From NCBI GenBank assembly GCA_017407225.1, contig JAFQWY010000047.1:39522-103521 (forward strand): 64,000 nucleotides of DNA, written 5' to 3'. Below are positions 10,625-21,257 of the stretch, one piece after another. Source of the stretch: Clostridia bacterium (GTDB lineage: Bacteria > Bacillota > Clostridia > Oscillospirales > CAG-272). The notes below the pieces were generated by a model. It was not told where the DNA came from and did no database searches. It saw only the letters and a program-made list of their open reading frames with translations. The position numbers and the translations under genes are program-made. Positions within the stretch are counted from its first letter, which is position 1. Each line of letters begins with the position of its first letter.

Positions 10625-11608
10625 TTACCTCTTGTTCCGGGCGAACAGCTTCTCCCACACCTTATACACAAACCAGGGAGCCGTTCCGTAACACCGCATA
10701 TACAGCGCTTTATTATGGAATGCGTCATATTTCAGAATGTCTTCTTCCAGAGCTTTGTACGCATCCCTGCATTCCTTCCGTTCCCGTCTGCTGATCTGCC
10801 TGTACAGATTCAGCCCGTTGAAGGCACAGCGGGAGATGTATTTCTTCGATATCGGATTCTGCATAATGCCCTCATCTTCCGAAAATTCCCTGACCTTCCG
10901 GTATACTTCACAGGCACTTTCAAAGTTTTTCCTTGTCTTCGCGGAGGTCATGATGGAATTGCTGCGGTAGCGTCTGTGATACAATGCCTTGTTCAGGTAT
11001 GCGGCTCTCTCTGCCCTGCAGTACATCTGGTATGTAAAGAGCATATCTTCGTACAGGATTCCCGGGGAAAAAGTCAGATGTTTTTCAGACAAGAAACTGC
11101 GCCGCATAAACAGGAGCGGAACCGCACTGTGGTACTCACGGTTGTCCTGAAGTCTGCCCAATACGGTATGACCGTCGTCAGTCGGATACGCATTCCTGCG
11201 GATGTATCTCTGTTCCATTTCCGATGTATCCGATCCGTCCAGAAATGACACGGCATCGAAATATACGATATCGGCATTTTCTTCTTCGATTCTGCCCACC
11301 AGTTCTGCCAGAGCCTCGGAAATGATCCGGTCATCGCTGTCCAGAAAATATATGTATTCTCCCGAACTGTGTGCCAGTCCCGTATTTCTGGCCTCGGAAA
11401 GACCGCCGTTCTCCCGATGCAGCACCTGGATCCGCGGATCTTGCGCCGCGTACGCATCACAGATTGCCCCGGAACCGTCGGTGGATCCGTCATCCACCAG
11501 AATCATTTCCCAGTTCTCATATGTCTGAGCAAGCACGCTGTCAATACATTCTCCCAGATACTTCTCCACATTGTATACCGGTACAACGACACTGACCAGA
11601 TCCTTCAT
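10625..11608 (-). CDS. Glycosyltransferase family 2
   Basis: VSVVVPVYN, DDGSTD, FLDSDD, YED. Confidence 0.92.
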   Translation of the reverse strand: MKDLVSVVVPVYNVEKYLGECIDSVLAQTYENWEMILVDDGSTDGSGAICDAYAAQDPRIQVLHRENGGLSEARNTGLAHSSGEYIYFLDSDDRIISEALAELVGRIEEENADIVYFDAVSFLDGSDTSEMEQRYIRRNAYPTDDGHTVLGRLQDNREYHSAVPLLFMRRSFLSEKHLTFSPGILYEDMLFTYQMYCRAERAAYLNKALYHRRYRSNSIMTSAKTRKNFESACEVYRKVREFSEDEGIMQNPISKKYISRCAFNGLNLYRQISRRERKECRDAYKALEEDILKYDAFHNKALYMRCYGTAPWFVYKVWEKLFARNKR

Positions 11609-11612
11609 ATTC

Positions 11613-12545
11613 TCATCCCTTCCGGCGTTCCTTCAGCACAATAGCCTTTACAGCCGCCCATCGTTTCAGATCGGACAGAACGCCGCACGAATAATGCTTC
11701 TTCATGATTCTCTGAATTTCCGGCAGCACCGTCACGGGGCACAGCCGTACATTTTCAATAGCCTTTGAAAGATCCACACGCATCGATGCGGCATCTTCCG
11801 CTTTGCTGTGAACCCCGGACGCATCGCATCCGATGTTCTGAATATAGGAATACCGGGGATACACGGTAAGCCAGTCATGTCTGACCAGATGGGCACCGAA
11901 CCGCACCGACCAGGAACTTCCGTTTCCTCCGGTCTGGCGGTACAGTCTGATGAACCGGTCGTTTCCGTTGGCATTCAGCTTCCGGATCAGTTCCGGACTG
12001 CGGTAGAAATCACCGATTTCCGCCAGATCCCAGTCCACGTTATCCCAGCACTCCTTCCAGGTCGCCCATCCGCAGCTGCAGGAACGATATGCAAAAAACA
12101 CATCGTCCTTAAAGCTTTCGGGAAAAGCGAGCTGCGGTGTGTATCCTGCAATGGAGCCGACTTTCCTGTCTTCTCTGTAGTACTCGAGACACTGATTCAT
12201 ATACTTCAGAAAATACGGAGACGGCACACAGTCATCTTCCAGAACGATCACTCTGCCGTATTTTTCGATTACTTCCGTAACACCGGCGATCACCGATGCC
12301 GCAAGCCCGCGGTTCACCGGACTCTCGTACACAGTGATGCTCTGAAACCGGGATGTTTTCTTTCCCTGTTCCACGGCAGCTCTCACTTCACTGACTTTTT
12401 CCGCATCCTTGTCCCGCTTTGCACCGTCGGAAAAAACATACAGATCCGATTGTGCAGCTTCCGGGCATCGGCTGAGTGCTTCAAAAGTACGGCTGAAATG
12501 ATCAGCACGGTTATATACAAACATTACCACAGGTGCAAAACTCAT
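11613..12545 (-). CDS. GT-A fold glycosyltransferase (sugar transferase)
   Basis: APVVMFVYNR, FSDG, VIVLEDD, GWATW, NIGCDASGVH. Confidence 0.85.
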   Translation of the reverse strand: MSFAPVVMFVYNRADHFSRTFEALSRCPEAAQSDLYVFSDGAKRDKDAEKVSEVRAAVEQGKKTSRFQSITVYESPVNRGLAASVIAGVTEVIEKYGRVIVLEDDCVPSPYFLKYMNQCLEYYREDRKVGSIAGYTPQLAFPESFKDDVFFAYRSCSCGWATWKECWDNVDWDLAEIGDFYRSPELIRKLNANGNDRFIRLYRQTGGNGSSWSVRFGAHLVRHDWLTVYPRYSYIQNIGCDASGVHSKAEDAASMRVDLSKAIENVRLCPVTVLPEIQRIMKKHYSCGVLSDLKRWAAVKAIVLKERRKG

Positions 12546-12549
12546 ATTT

Positions 12550-13809
12550 TCACCCTCTTAATATATCATGGTAGCAGTGCAGCAGTGCCTCCGCATTCTT
12601 TGCCGCATTGTGGGTCTCCGCCGCTTTCTTCTTACCGTTTTCCGACAGCATCCGGGCCAGCTCATCATTGTCAAAAATACGCTTGATATTCCATGCCAGC
12701 AGGACGGGATCATCATTGCGGTAGAACAGTGCCTCCACGCCGTCTTCAGCCATATCCGAAACACCGCCGACATATGCGGATACGCTGGGGGTTCCCACCA
12801 TCATGGCTTCCCCAAGGGTATTGGGGCTGTTTTCGATTGCCGAGGGAAGCACGTACACATTCACCTTCGCCAGTTTTTCGGCCACTTCCCCGGCTTTCAG
12901 CGGTCCCGTAAACTCGATATGCTCCGCCACACCCAGATCACGGATCAGTTTTTTCAGATATGCTCCGTAACCTCTCTTATAGAACGGACGCCTGTCGCCT
13001 TCCGTAAACGGCTTGTAGCCTGCCACATACAGCTTCACATCGGGATATTCCCGGATCAGCTGGGGCAGTGCCATGATCACGAAATGCAGGCCTTTGAGGG
13101 CAAGATATCCGTTCCCCACATAGATGGAATGACGCTCCATCTTATCGGGGCTCCACTTTTCCGTATAGAACGGTTCTCTGAGAATCCGGCTGCAGGTATA
13201 GTACTTCGCATGGGGATTGATGGCATAGCTGTGCGCTCTGTCCCATGTGGTTCTGCCCAGTATGTACTCCGCGCCTTCGATAATTTCTCTCTCCGGCTTC
13301 ATCCGCGGTTTGAACCATACCCGCTTCCGGAGATGGAGGATCCATGCCGCGAAAATATCCGTTGCCGACCGGGACCACATCATTTCGTCTACCGGCAGCT
13401 GTCCGCATTGATATTGATACTGCCCGCCCAGAATTCCCTGCATGGAAACAACGACCGGAAGAGATCTCTGCTTTCCCGCGTTCATCATTGCTTTGGCGTG
13501 TGGAAATTCGGTTCCTTCTATCTGAATAAGATCCGGTTTGAATTCATCGAGAAGTCTGCCGCAGCTTTTTTCAAGTTCCTCCGGCTTTGTCCGAGAAGAA
13601 TATGGAAGGCCATAATACTTCACGCCATCAATTTCGATGGAAAAATTCTGTCCGGGGCTCGCCTTGCATACAACCGCAAGCTGCATATCCCCGACGTTCC
13701 GAAGCTGTCCGATCATGGACTCCACCCATCCGCCCAATACTTCCGAACGGATCTGAAGTACTTCGGCAGCTTCTCGGGGGATCAGATTGACAATCCATAA
13801 AACCTTCAT
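12550..13809 (-). CDS. Glycosyltransferase family 4
   Basis: MKVLW start, GTEF, SAIENSPNTLGEAM. Confidence 0.88.
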   Translation of the reverse strand: MKVLWIVNLIPREAAEVLQIRSEVLGGWVESMIGQLRNVGDMQLAVVCKASPGQNFSIEIDGVKYYGLPYSSRTKPEELEKSCGRLLDEFKPDLIQIEGTEFPHAKAMMNAGKQRSLPVVVSMQGILGGQYQYQCGQLPVDEMMWSRSATDIFAAWILHLRKRVWFKPRMKPEREIIEGAEYILGRTTWDRAHSYAINPHAKYYTCSRILREPFYTEKWSPDKMERHSIYVGNGYLALKGLHFVIMALPQLIREYPDVKLYVAGYKPFTEGDRRPFYKRGYGAYLKKLIRDLGVAEHIEFTGPLKAGEVAEKLAKVNVYVLPSAIENSPNTLGEAMMVGTPSVSAYVGGVSDMAEDGVEALFYRNDDPVLLAWNIKRIFDNDELARMLSENGKKKAAETHNAAKNAEALLHCYHDILRG

Positions 13810-15017
13810 TATTTCAGTTTCTCCCATTTTATGATATCCTCGTACAGCAAAGGCAGCACCAGCAGAATCATGCACATCATGTCGTAGGGCATGGAATTCA
13901 GCATTGCAATAACAAATATCGGAACGATTGAGGCATTGCAGATCCGGCAGATTTTCGGATTCCGGTAATCTGCTTTATATGCATTCGGTACTGCGAACAC
14001 CAGTCTGATATACATATATCCGCCGAGAACACCGTATTTTGCGATCGTATCCAATATCGCCGAATGTCCGCCGCCGCTTGCCATCCACAGGCCGCCGATG
14101 AACGGATATTTCAGAATTGCCTCAATCGAATATGAATACGCTTTTATTCTGTCCTGAATGGATGCTTCTGCCACACCGGTTTCACTGGTGAGCATCAGAT
14201 CATTGATCTTTGTCGCTACTTTTGTTCCGTCAAAAATATCCAGCAATAATTCCCGGAATGCATCCCAGTAAATCAATGACGCCATCACAGCCAGGAACAG
14301 ACCAATTGCTATCAGAATCGCTCCCCAGACACTTTTTCTGCGATAGACAAGAAGCATTATCGCCCCTGCAGCAGCTGCAAAAACAGCAATCGCATAACCG
14401 GCGTTGAGGAGATAATAAACAAATGTAAATGCCCAGATACAGCCGACAACAAAACAAACCCTGTTGTTCCGGAAGGAGCTTTTGAGCCATACCCAGACTG
14501 CCGGTGAAACACATACCTGCGGATAGATCAGTCCGTAACCGCCGATCCCCTGCCGCATATACTGATAGGTTTCTTCGTCCGCCCGTACAATACTGCGCGC
14601 AATCCCGGGATCTGACTGAAGGGCTGTCGCTGTTGTATAGTTGAAAAAGGCCAATACAATCAAAACGATCGGAACAATTCCATTCAGCTCCTGCCAGTAT
14701 CCGTTTTTATAGAACGAAAACAGGATGAATGAAATAACCAGCATATATATATGGATCTGCTGGAGAATTCCATTCAGGGTTCCGCGCTCCATAAATGCTA
14801 TTATGACAACAGCTGCCGCAAAAACAATTGCATAAAACTGGTCCTTTTCGATGCCATGGCTGAAATACCCTCTGCCTATGGCTATCAATGCCCAGATCCC
14901 CACACATCCCAGTGCGAGATACCGGAAGATCATATCGACCCCAAGAGGCGGTGAAATCGTCCACAGAATCAGATATAATACCGCTGCCTTCTGAATCTGG
15001 CTTCCTTTCAGTTGCAT
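13809..15017 (-). CDS. Wzy polymerase / O-antigen-ligase-like polytopic membrane protein
   Basis: About 10 hydrophobic segments; late loop with R...PFIGG...GGHS.ILD..AKYG typical of the Wzy_C/ligase family; lies within the glycosyltransferase cluster. Confidence 0.7.
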   Translation of the reverse strand: MQLKGSQIQKAAVLYLILWTISPPLGVDMIFRYLALGCVGIWALIAIGRGYFSHGIEKDQFYAIVFAAAVVIIAFMERGTLNGILQQIHIYMLVISFILFSFYKNGYWQELNGIVPIVLIVLAFFNYTTATALQSDPGIARSIVRADEETYQYMRQGIGGYGLIYPQVCVSPAVWVWLKSSFRNNRVCFVVGCIWAFTFVYYLLNAGYAIAVFAAAAGAIMLLVYRRKSVWGAILIAIGLFLAVMASLIYWDAFRELLLDIFDGTKVATKINDLMLTSETGVAEASIQDRIKAYSYSIEAILKYPFIGGLWMASGGGHSAILDTIAKYGVLGGYMYIRLVFAVPNAYKADYRNPKICRICNASIVPIFVIAMLNSMPYDMMCMILLVLPLLYEDIIKWEKLK

Positions 15018-15037
15018 GGTGCTCCTCTTTGCTTTAT

Positions 15038-16189
15038 TTATATATTCAGCCAGTCTTCCATCCGGCTCACATATGCTCTGTAATCAAACAGATCTTTTTC
15101 CGTCGTCCGTACCGCGGGCTCGTTCTTTTCCAGTTTTCCGAAAAATTCTGTCAGTTCTTCTTCAAAATGATCGGTATCCAGCAGAACACCGTTTTTTCCG
15201 TCTTTCACATACTGTGCAAGGTCGCTGGTACGGTTCGTGATGACCGGTACGCCGCAGCTGATGCTCTCCACAAACTTGGTGGGAAATCCTGCCATGGTCA
15301 TTCTCGAAATATTCCTGTAAAATATCGTATAATCCGAACGCTTCACAATCTCCAGCGCTTCGGTGTGAGGCAGTCTGCCGTAAAAAATCAGCTTTCCCGC
15401 TGCCTGAAGGGAAGAAATCAGCGCTTCGTCCCGGGGATAATTCTTCAGATATTCGTCAGCTCTGATGCCTGCCACATGCAGAATGATGCGGCTGTTCCCG
15501 CAGTTTTCCAGTGCATGAACAATGACATCCAGTTTATCTTTTCTTGTTCCGGGAGATCCCGCATACGCCAGGCTGATCGTATTCCCGGAAGTTTTCTCCG
15601 TCCCGATCCATTTCGGATCCGTCTTATCCACAAGCGGAGGCAGTACCACCGCCGGCACATGCTTTTCATAGTAATTCTGCAGATACTGACTGATGACAAT
15701 CAGACCGTCCAGCTTTTTCTGCACCGCACGCATCCGGAAAAAGGTATCGAGCATCACGGCAATTCTGTGCACGGACAGAGCAAAACCGTACTCATACCAT
15801 TCCGTGCAGTCCGCGTAAACTCCGATATTCCGTTTTCCGCAGATCTTTTTCAGCTTGTACAGAGCCGCCGCAGGGTAATTGTATGCAATCACGCCTGCCC
15901 AGTCGGAATATCTGTCCAGGATCTCCTCCACATACAGTGGGCTGAGCACATAGGATGCCCAATGCCTCAGGCCGGATGCGCGTTTCTGCGAATATGTTTC
16001 GTATCCCGCTTCCATGTGCATCGGGGATAATTCATAATCCGTCAATTCTTCGGAAACGTCGAGAAACACCACTTCGTATCCCAGCGTACGCAGAATATTG
16101 GCGACACTGAGCACACGATGTGCCGCCGCATTCTTATCCGGCAGCTGAAAACCGCCTGCATAGAGGAACCGTTTTCCGCCGTGTTTCAT
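15038..16189 (-). CDS. Glycosyltransferase family 4-like
   Basis: GGFQLPDKNAAAHRV, YAGSPG, AGFPTKFVESISCGVPVI. Confidence 0.85.
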   Translation of the reverse strand: MKHGGKRFLYAGGFQLPDKNAAAHRVLSVANILRTLGYEVVFLDVSEELTDYELSPMHMEAGYETYSQKRASGLRHWASYVLSPLYVEEILDRYSDWAGVIAYNYPAAALYKLKKICGKRNIGVYADCTEWYEYGFALSVHRIAVMLDTFFRMRAVQKKLDGLIVISQYLQNYYEKHVPAVVLPPLVDKTDPKWIGTEKTSGNTISLAYAGSPGTRKDKLDVIVHALENCGNSRIILHVAGIRADEYLKNYPRDEALISSLQAAGKLIFYGRLPHTEALEIVKRSDYTIFYRNISRMTMAGFPTKFVESISCGVPVITNRTSDLAQYVKDGKNGVLLDTDHFEEELTEFFGKLEKNEPAVRTTEKDLFDYRAYVSRMEDWLNI

Positions 16190-17160
16190 AGATTCTCCCG
16201 GTACCACGCAATTGCGGCTTCGATCCCCCGCTGGAAACTCCAGTCAGGGTCATATCCCAGCAGCCGGCGCGCCTTTGAAATATCCGCATTGCTGTGCTTG
16301 ATATCCCCTGCACGCTCGGGACCAAAATAAGGCTCAATATCCACGTTCAGAGCCTTGGTCAGACCGTAATAAATATCAATCAGATACTCTCTTCCGCCGT
16401 ATGCAATGTTGAAAGCTTCACCGTCCGCTTCTGCAGGTGCAAGACAGGCTTTCAGATTGGCTTCGATTACATTTTCGATATAGGTAAAATCGCGGCTCTG
16501 ACGTCCGTCGCCGTTGATGGTGGGACGTTCGCCTCTGAGCAGCATCTTGATAAACTTCGGAATCACTGCCGCGTAGGCACCGTCGGGTGTCTGCCGCCGT
16601 CCGAAGACGTTGAAATAGCGCAGACCGATCGTTGCAAGCCCGTAGTGACGGGTATACTGCTTTGCCCATTCCTCATCGCACATTTTGGTCAGCGCATAAG
16701 GGGACAGCAGATTTCCTTCCCTTCCTTCCGTCTTGGGCAGAGTGGGTTCATCACCGTACACGGAAGAACTGGATGCATAGACAAACTTCTTCACCCCGTT
16801 CTGCCGCGCTGCTTCCATCATGTTCAGGGTTCCCTGGATATTGTTGGCACAATAGAACAGCGGCATTTCAATGGAACGCGGCACACTGCCCCAGGCAGCC
16901 TGATTCAGAACATAGTCCGCGCCGCGGCAGGCCTCCATGCAGGTGCTGAGGTCCTTGATATCTCCCCTGATGAAGGTATAGTCCGGATTGTCCGCAAACA
17001 AATCGATATTCTCCTGTTTGCCGGTGGAAAGGTCATCCAGCGCACGGACTTTATATCCCAGAGCGAGAATCGCCTCGCAAAGATTGGAACCGATGAAACC
17101 TGCTGCTCCGGTGACAAGAAATGTTGTGTTTTCGGGAAATTTCAGATGTGTGTATCCCAT
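16186..17160 (-). CDS. UDP-GlcNAc(A) 4-epimerase, TviC/WbpP-like SDR
   Basis: TGAAGFIGS, QAAWGSVPRS, SSSVYG, YALTK (YxxxK), YFNVFGRRQ. Confidence 0.9.
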   Translation of the reverse strand: MGYTHLKFPENTTFLVTGAAGFIGSNLCEAILALGYKVRALDDLSTGKQENIDLFADNPDYTFIRGDIKDLSTCMEACRGADYVLNQAAWGSVPRSIEMPLFYCANNIQGTLNMMEAARQNGVKKFVYASSSSVYGDEPTLPKTEGREGNLLSPYALTKMCDEEWAKQYTRHYGLATIGLRYFNVFGRRQTPDGAYAAVIPKFIKMLLRGERPTINGDGRQSRDFTYIENVIEANLKACLAPAEADGEAFNIAYGGREYLIDIYYGLTKALNVDIEPYFGPERAGDIKHSNADISKARRLLGYDPDWSFQRGIEAAIAWYRENL

Positions 17161-17179
17161 ACCGGTACCCCCTTGTAAT

Positions 17180-18499
17180 TTACAGTCTCCAATACCGGCA
17201 GCCTGCTTCTTCGCAGTTCTTACGGTCATAAATACCCTTGATATCCATCAGCACACGGGTTCCGTCGGGGGCCTGTCTGATCATACCGCACAGATCATCC
17301 GGAGTCAGCGCGGCAAATTCATTGTGTCCGACAGCAGCAATCAGGCAGTCCAGATCATGCAGTTCGGATACCGGCACCAGTGCTACGCCGTATTCATGCA
17401 TGGCATCCTTTTCGGAGGCACAGGGATCGTGCACGATGGGATCGATACCGTATTCTCTCAGTTCTCTGAGAATATCATTGACCTTGGAGTTGCGTGTATC
17501 GGGGCAGTTTTCCTTGAATGTGATGCCCAGCACACCGACACGGGCGTTTTTGATGGAGATGCCTGCAGCGATCATCTGCTTGACGGTCTGTTCGGCAACA
17601 TACTTGCCCATATTGTCGTTGATGCGGCGTCCGGCAAGAATCACCTGGCTGTGGTATCCCATCTGCTCTGCCTTGTATGTAAGGTAATAGGGGTCTACGC
17701 CGATACAGTGACCGCCTACCAGACCCGGAGAGAACTTGAGGAAATTCCACTTGGTTCCCGCCGCCTCAAGAACGGATTTTGTGTCAATGCCCATTCGATT
17801 GAAAATGATGGACAGTTCATTCATGAAAGCGATATTGATATCTCGCTGGCTGTTTTCGATAACTTTAGCGGCTTCCGCAACCTTGATGGACTGGGCACGG
17901 TATACTCCTGCATCCACCACAAGTTCATACACCTTAGCCACGGTATCCAGCGTTTTCTCATCCATACCGGAGACAATCTTGACGATGGTTTCCAGACGGT
18001 GTACCTTATCCCCGGGATTGATCCGCTCGGGAGAATAGCCTACAAAGAAATCCGCCCCGCATTTCAGACCGGATTCCCGTTCCATAATCGGCACGCAGAC
18101 TTCTTCCGTAACGCCCGGATATACGGTGGATTCAAATACGACGATGCTGTCTTTCTGCAGATTCTGTCCGACCAGACGGCTGGCACTTTCCACAGGGGTG
18201 AGGTCGGGAGTATGATCGGCGTTCACCGGCGTGGGAACAGCAACGATGATAAACCTTGCTTCCTTCAGACGTGCGGGATCTGCGGTAAAGTCTACGGTAC
18301 AGCCAGCAAGACCTTCGCTGCCCACTTCGTTCGTCGGGTCAATTCCCTGCTTGTACAGATCAATCTTAGCCGCATTCAGGTCAAAACCGATCACATCAAC
18401 CTTTTTCGCAAAGGCAACAGCGATGGGCATCCCCACATATCCAAGCCCCACAAGAGCCAGTTTTTCTTTCCTATCGATCAGTTTCTGATAGAGATTCAT
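17180..18499 (-). CDS. UDP-N-acetylhexosamine dehydrogenase, TviB/WbpO-like
   Basis: GLGYVG, ESTVYPG, SPERINPG, VGGHCIGVDPYYL, TFKENCPD. Confidence 0.92.
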   Translation of the reverse strand: MNLYQKLIDRKEKLALVGLGYVGMPIAVAFAKKVDVIGFDLNAAKIDLYKQGIDPTNEVGSEGLAGCTVDFTADPARLKEARFIIVAVPTPVNADHTPDLTPVESASRLVGQNLQKDSIVVFESTVYPGVTEEVCVPIMERESGLKCGADFFVGYSPERINPGDKVHRLETIVKIVSGMDEKTLDTVAKVYELVVDAGVYRAQSIKVAEAAKVIENSQRDINIAFMNELSIIFNRMGIDTKSVLEAAGTKWNFLKFSPGLVGGHCIGVDPYYLTYKAEQMGYHSQVILAGRRINDNMGKYVAEQTVKQMIAAGISIKNARVGVLGITFKENCPDTRNSKVNDILRELREYGIDPIVHDPCASEKDAMHEYGVALVPVSELHDLDCLIAAVGHNEFAALTPDDLCGMIRQAPDGTRVLMDIKGIYDRKNCEEAGCRYWRL

Positions 18500-18591
18500 G
18501 ATATACCTCAATCCTATGGTTTCTTTTTCTGTAAAAACAATGTTTCCGTGAAGATTTCTTTTCCGAAAATAGGCACTATTATACATATACT

Positions 18592-18620
18592 ATTATATCA
18601 CCGGACCTGTACTTTGTCAA
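18592..18620 (-). promoter_or_regulatory. Sigma-A promoter of the polysaccharide operon
   Basis: Minus strand TTGACA-N17-TATAAT, perfect consensus. Confidence 0.85.
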
Positions 18621-18745
18621 CAAACTCACAGCATAAAGCCATGGGTATTACTCCATATAATTCCATTTGTTGCATCAAACTCATTCAGAACACCGGAATA
18701 TCCGCAGCATCTGTCCGCAGACGGACCAGATTTTCCGATACAGCA

Positions 18746-18774
18746 TTGCATTCCGTCAGAAAGTGTGTTAAAAT
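18746..18774 (+). promoter_or_regulatory. Sigma-A promoter
   Basis: TTGCAT-N17-TAAAAT with TG extended -10, upstream of 18895. Confidence 0.65.
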
Positions 18775-18894
18775 ACTCCTGTACTGTAAAACCATTCCGA
18801 TCCGCAATAACGGACTTACCTCACGGCTCCCGTCTTCCGGTGATAAAACGGTGAACCGCTTACTCCAAATCCATCCGAAAAGGAGAATCCATAC

Positions 18895-21201
18895 ATGAAA
18901 CAATTCAAAACCATGCTGATGGGTGCCCTGTTTACTTTTGTACTGCTGGTGATCCTGCTGCCGGTGACGGTTCAGGCAAGGGAGATCAACGGCGTCGATC
19001 TGATATTCACACCGCCCGTCATCGGCAAAACACTGGACTTCGACGTCATCGTCGGAGATGAGTCCGGCTGTATCATCGAATCCGGCTTTGATGTGACATG
19101 GTACAAGGACTGGGGCGCATCCGGCTACCAGAAATGCGATGTGTACCACACCGTGGAAGCCGGCGTTCCCTACACCATTGAGATCATTCTCACCCCCACG
19201 GAAGGCAACTATTTCCCCGATATCTCCCGGATTTATGCTACTGCCAACGGAAGCACTGCCGGCGTCACCCTGGAGAACGACTCCCCCTATCTGATCTGCC
19301 GGGTATCCTTTGAAAAGCTGGGATACACCGTGTCCTTTGACGGAGCCGGCGGTATGGGTGCCATGAATGACATGATCCATTACGGAGAGTTCACGTTCCC
19401 CAAAAACCGCTTTGCCGCCGCTTACTTCAATGCCAAATTCAACGGCTGGATTATCGGCGACAACACCGAAACCTGGTACTACCCCGGCATGACCATCACC
19501 CTGACGGAAGATGTCACCGTCTACGCCAACTGGATTGATACAACCCAAAAGCACACCGTCACATTTTTGGATTATTACACACTGGATCCCGAAACAAACG
19601 AATATCCCACGGATATCAGGGAAGTTTCCGCCGGCACCTATACCCTCCCGGACACCCCGTTCCCGGAAACTGCGGGCTGGCTGGAGTTCGATTACTGGGA
19701 GATTGACACCAACAACGACCGCATCTATGAAATCTATTACCCGGGCGATACCATCACCGTCGGCTGCGATCTCACCGCATATATCCATCGAAGGGAGCTT
19801 CCCACTGCCTCCCGTGCGGTCTTCAAAGCCGCTCTGTCCGGCGGAATCGACTCGTACAAGCAGGGCATGCCCGCAGGTCTTGTTTCCGTCTCCATCGATG
19901 AAGCACCGCATATCACACTGGTCGAAGGGGGATACGGACACGGATACTGGATCCAATCCTCCGACAAGCTGCTGGGAAGCGACACCCTCTCCACTTCCAG
20001 ACATTATTATCTGTATATCCGGTTCCGTGTGGATGAAGGCTGCTACATGGCTCTGATCAGCCACAACATCGAGCTGACCGGGGACTTCGGCAGACTGACC
20101 GCATCTTCCGACCCACGTGACAACGGTGACGGCACCTATTCCGTTTACTTTTCTCTTCCGCACGTCACCGGCAGAGTGATCCGCACGGAGACCGTGACAT
20201 TCGTGGTAAACGGCTATGAAGCCGGCCAAAAGGTCACCGACATCAAAGTCGGCTGCGATACCCAGTATATTGCCGTTTTCGGCAGCGGCTACGGCAGTAT
20301 CTACGAAGGCAGTTCCCATGTGATCTATAAGAATTCCTACAGCTCCGGCAACGCGATATACGACGGATACATCACATTTGAAATCCTCACAGACTACTAT
20401 CTGCTGATCAATTTCACCCAGGCAAACGGCTACAGCCTCCCGGACTCTTTCTGGAAGGACGAAAAGCTGGTCAAAGAGAAATTCATCCTCAACGGCGTAA
20501 CGGGAGCTGAACCTTACCGCATCGACAAAACCAGCGGCGGTTATACCGTCATTTTCAAACTGCCCCAGATTGGCGCCGAAAAGCTCAGCAGCGTTGAACT
20601 CACGCTGAACGGTTACGAGGAAGGCCGGATGACAGGTCTGGCCACAGTCACCATTCCCGAAACCCTCTCCTTCTACGGAAGAGAAGACAATATCAACGGG
20701 GAGTTCTACTATTTCATTGACACCGATTACGAATCCGATCTGGGCGGGGATTACGCATCCTTACCGCACAATACCGTACTCACCCGCGGTGTGGAATACT
20801 TCTTCGTATCAAGGATCATTCCCGCCTACGGGTACGATGTGTCTTCGCTGAAGCCGGAGAACATTACCCTCAACACCTCCTGCGGCAGCTGCACTGCCAT
20901 AGAGTACGAGAAGGACAGGAACTTTGATTTCTACTGGGCGCTCTTTGCCCTGCCGGTCATGGAGGGAGAACCCGGCTTCACGATCAGCGGCACCTTCACC
21001 ACCTTCTCCGACGGCGAAACCGTCATTGGGCTGTACAGAACTGCAGCGGACACCACGCCCATCGCGCAGACCACCGTATCCGGCAAAACCGGAACATATA
21101 CGCTGTATGTAAACGAGAGTCTGACTCCCGGCAGGTACATTGTCCGGATCAGCAAAAAGAATCATGTGACCCGGGATTACACGGTACAGATCGGGTCATA
21201 A
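18895..21201 (+). CDS. Secreted modular protein: repeated Ig-like units, two InlB B-repeat-like units, C-terminal X-module-like (carboxypeptidase-regulatory-like) domain
   Basis: Signal peptide ending VQA; YTVSFDGAGG...FNGW...VYANW; repeated xNGYExG units; C-terminus PGRYIVRISKKNHVTRDYTV; AGGAG RBS. Confidence 0.75.
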   Translation: MKQFKTMLMGALFTFVLLVILLPVTVQAREINGVDLIFTPPVIGKTLDFDVIVGDESGCIIESGFDVTWYKDWGASGYQKCDVYHTVEAGVPYTIEIILTPTEGNYFPDISRIYATANGSTAGVTLENDSPYLICRVSFEKLGYTVSFDGAGGMGAMNDMIHYGEFTFPKNRFAAAYFNAKFNGWIIGDNTETWYYPGMTITLTEDVTVYANWIDTTQKHTVTFLDYYTLDPETNEYPTDIREVSAGTYTLPDTPFPETAGWLEFDYWEIDTNNDRIYEIYYPGDTITVGCDLTAYIHRRELPTASRAVFKAALSGGIDSYKQGMPAGLVSVSIDEAPHITLVEGGYGHGYWIQSSDKLLGSDTLSTSRHYYLYIRFRVDEGCYMALISHNIELTGDFGRLTASSDPRDNGDGTYSVYFSLPHVTGRVIRTETVTFVVNGYEAGQKVTDIKVGCDTQYIAVFGSGYGSIYEGSSHVIYKNSYSSGNAIYDGYITFEILTDYYLLINFTQANGYSLPDSFWKDEKLVKEKFILNGVTGAEPYRIDKTSGGYTVIFKLPQIGAEKLSSVELTLNGYEEGRMTGLATVTIPETLSFYGREDNINGEFYYFIDTDYESDLGGDYASLPHNTVLTRGVEYFFVSRIIPAYGYDVSSLKPENITLNTSCGSCTAIEYEKDRNFDFYWALFALPVMEGEPGFTISGTFTTFSDGETVIGLYRTAADTTPIAQTTVSGKTGTYTLYVNESLTPGRYIVRISKKNHVTRDYTVQIGS

Positions 21202-21222
21202 AAAGAAAATCTCCCTGTTCAG

Positions 21223-21257
21223 AACAGTCCCGGCCTCCGACGGTCAGGACTGTTTTT
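21223..21257 (+). terminator. Rho-independent terminator
   Basis: AACAGTCC...GGACTGTT hairpin followed by a T tract. Confidence 0.75.

Noticed and set aside
18780-18890. Possible riboswitch in the ~115-nt leader of the 18895 gene
   Set aside because: Only a small TCCG-CAATAA-CGGA hairpin is evident; it does not match any aptamer consensus I recognise, including c-di-GMP-I. An Rfam/Infernal search would be needed.
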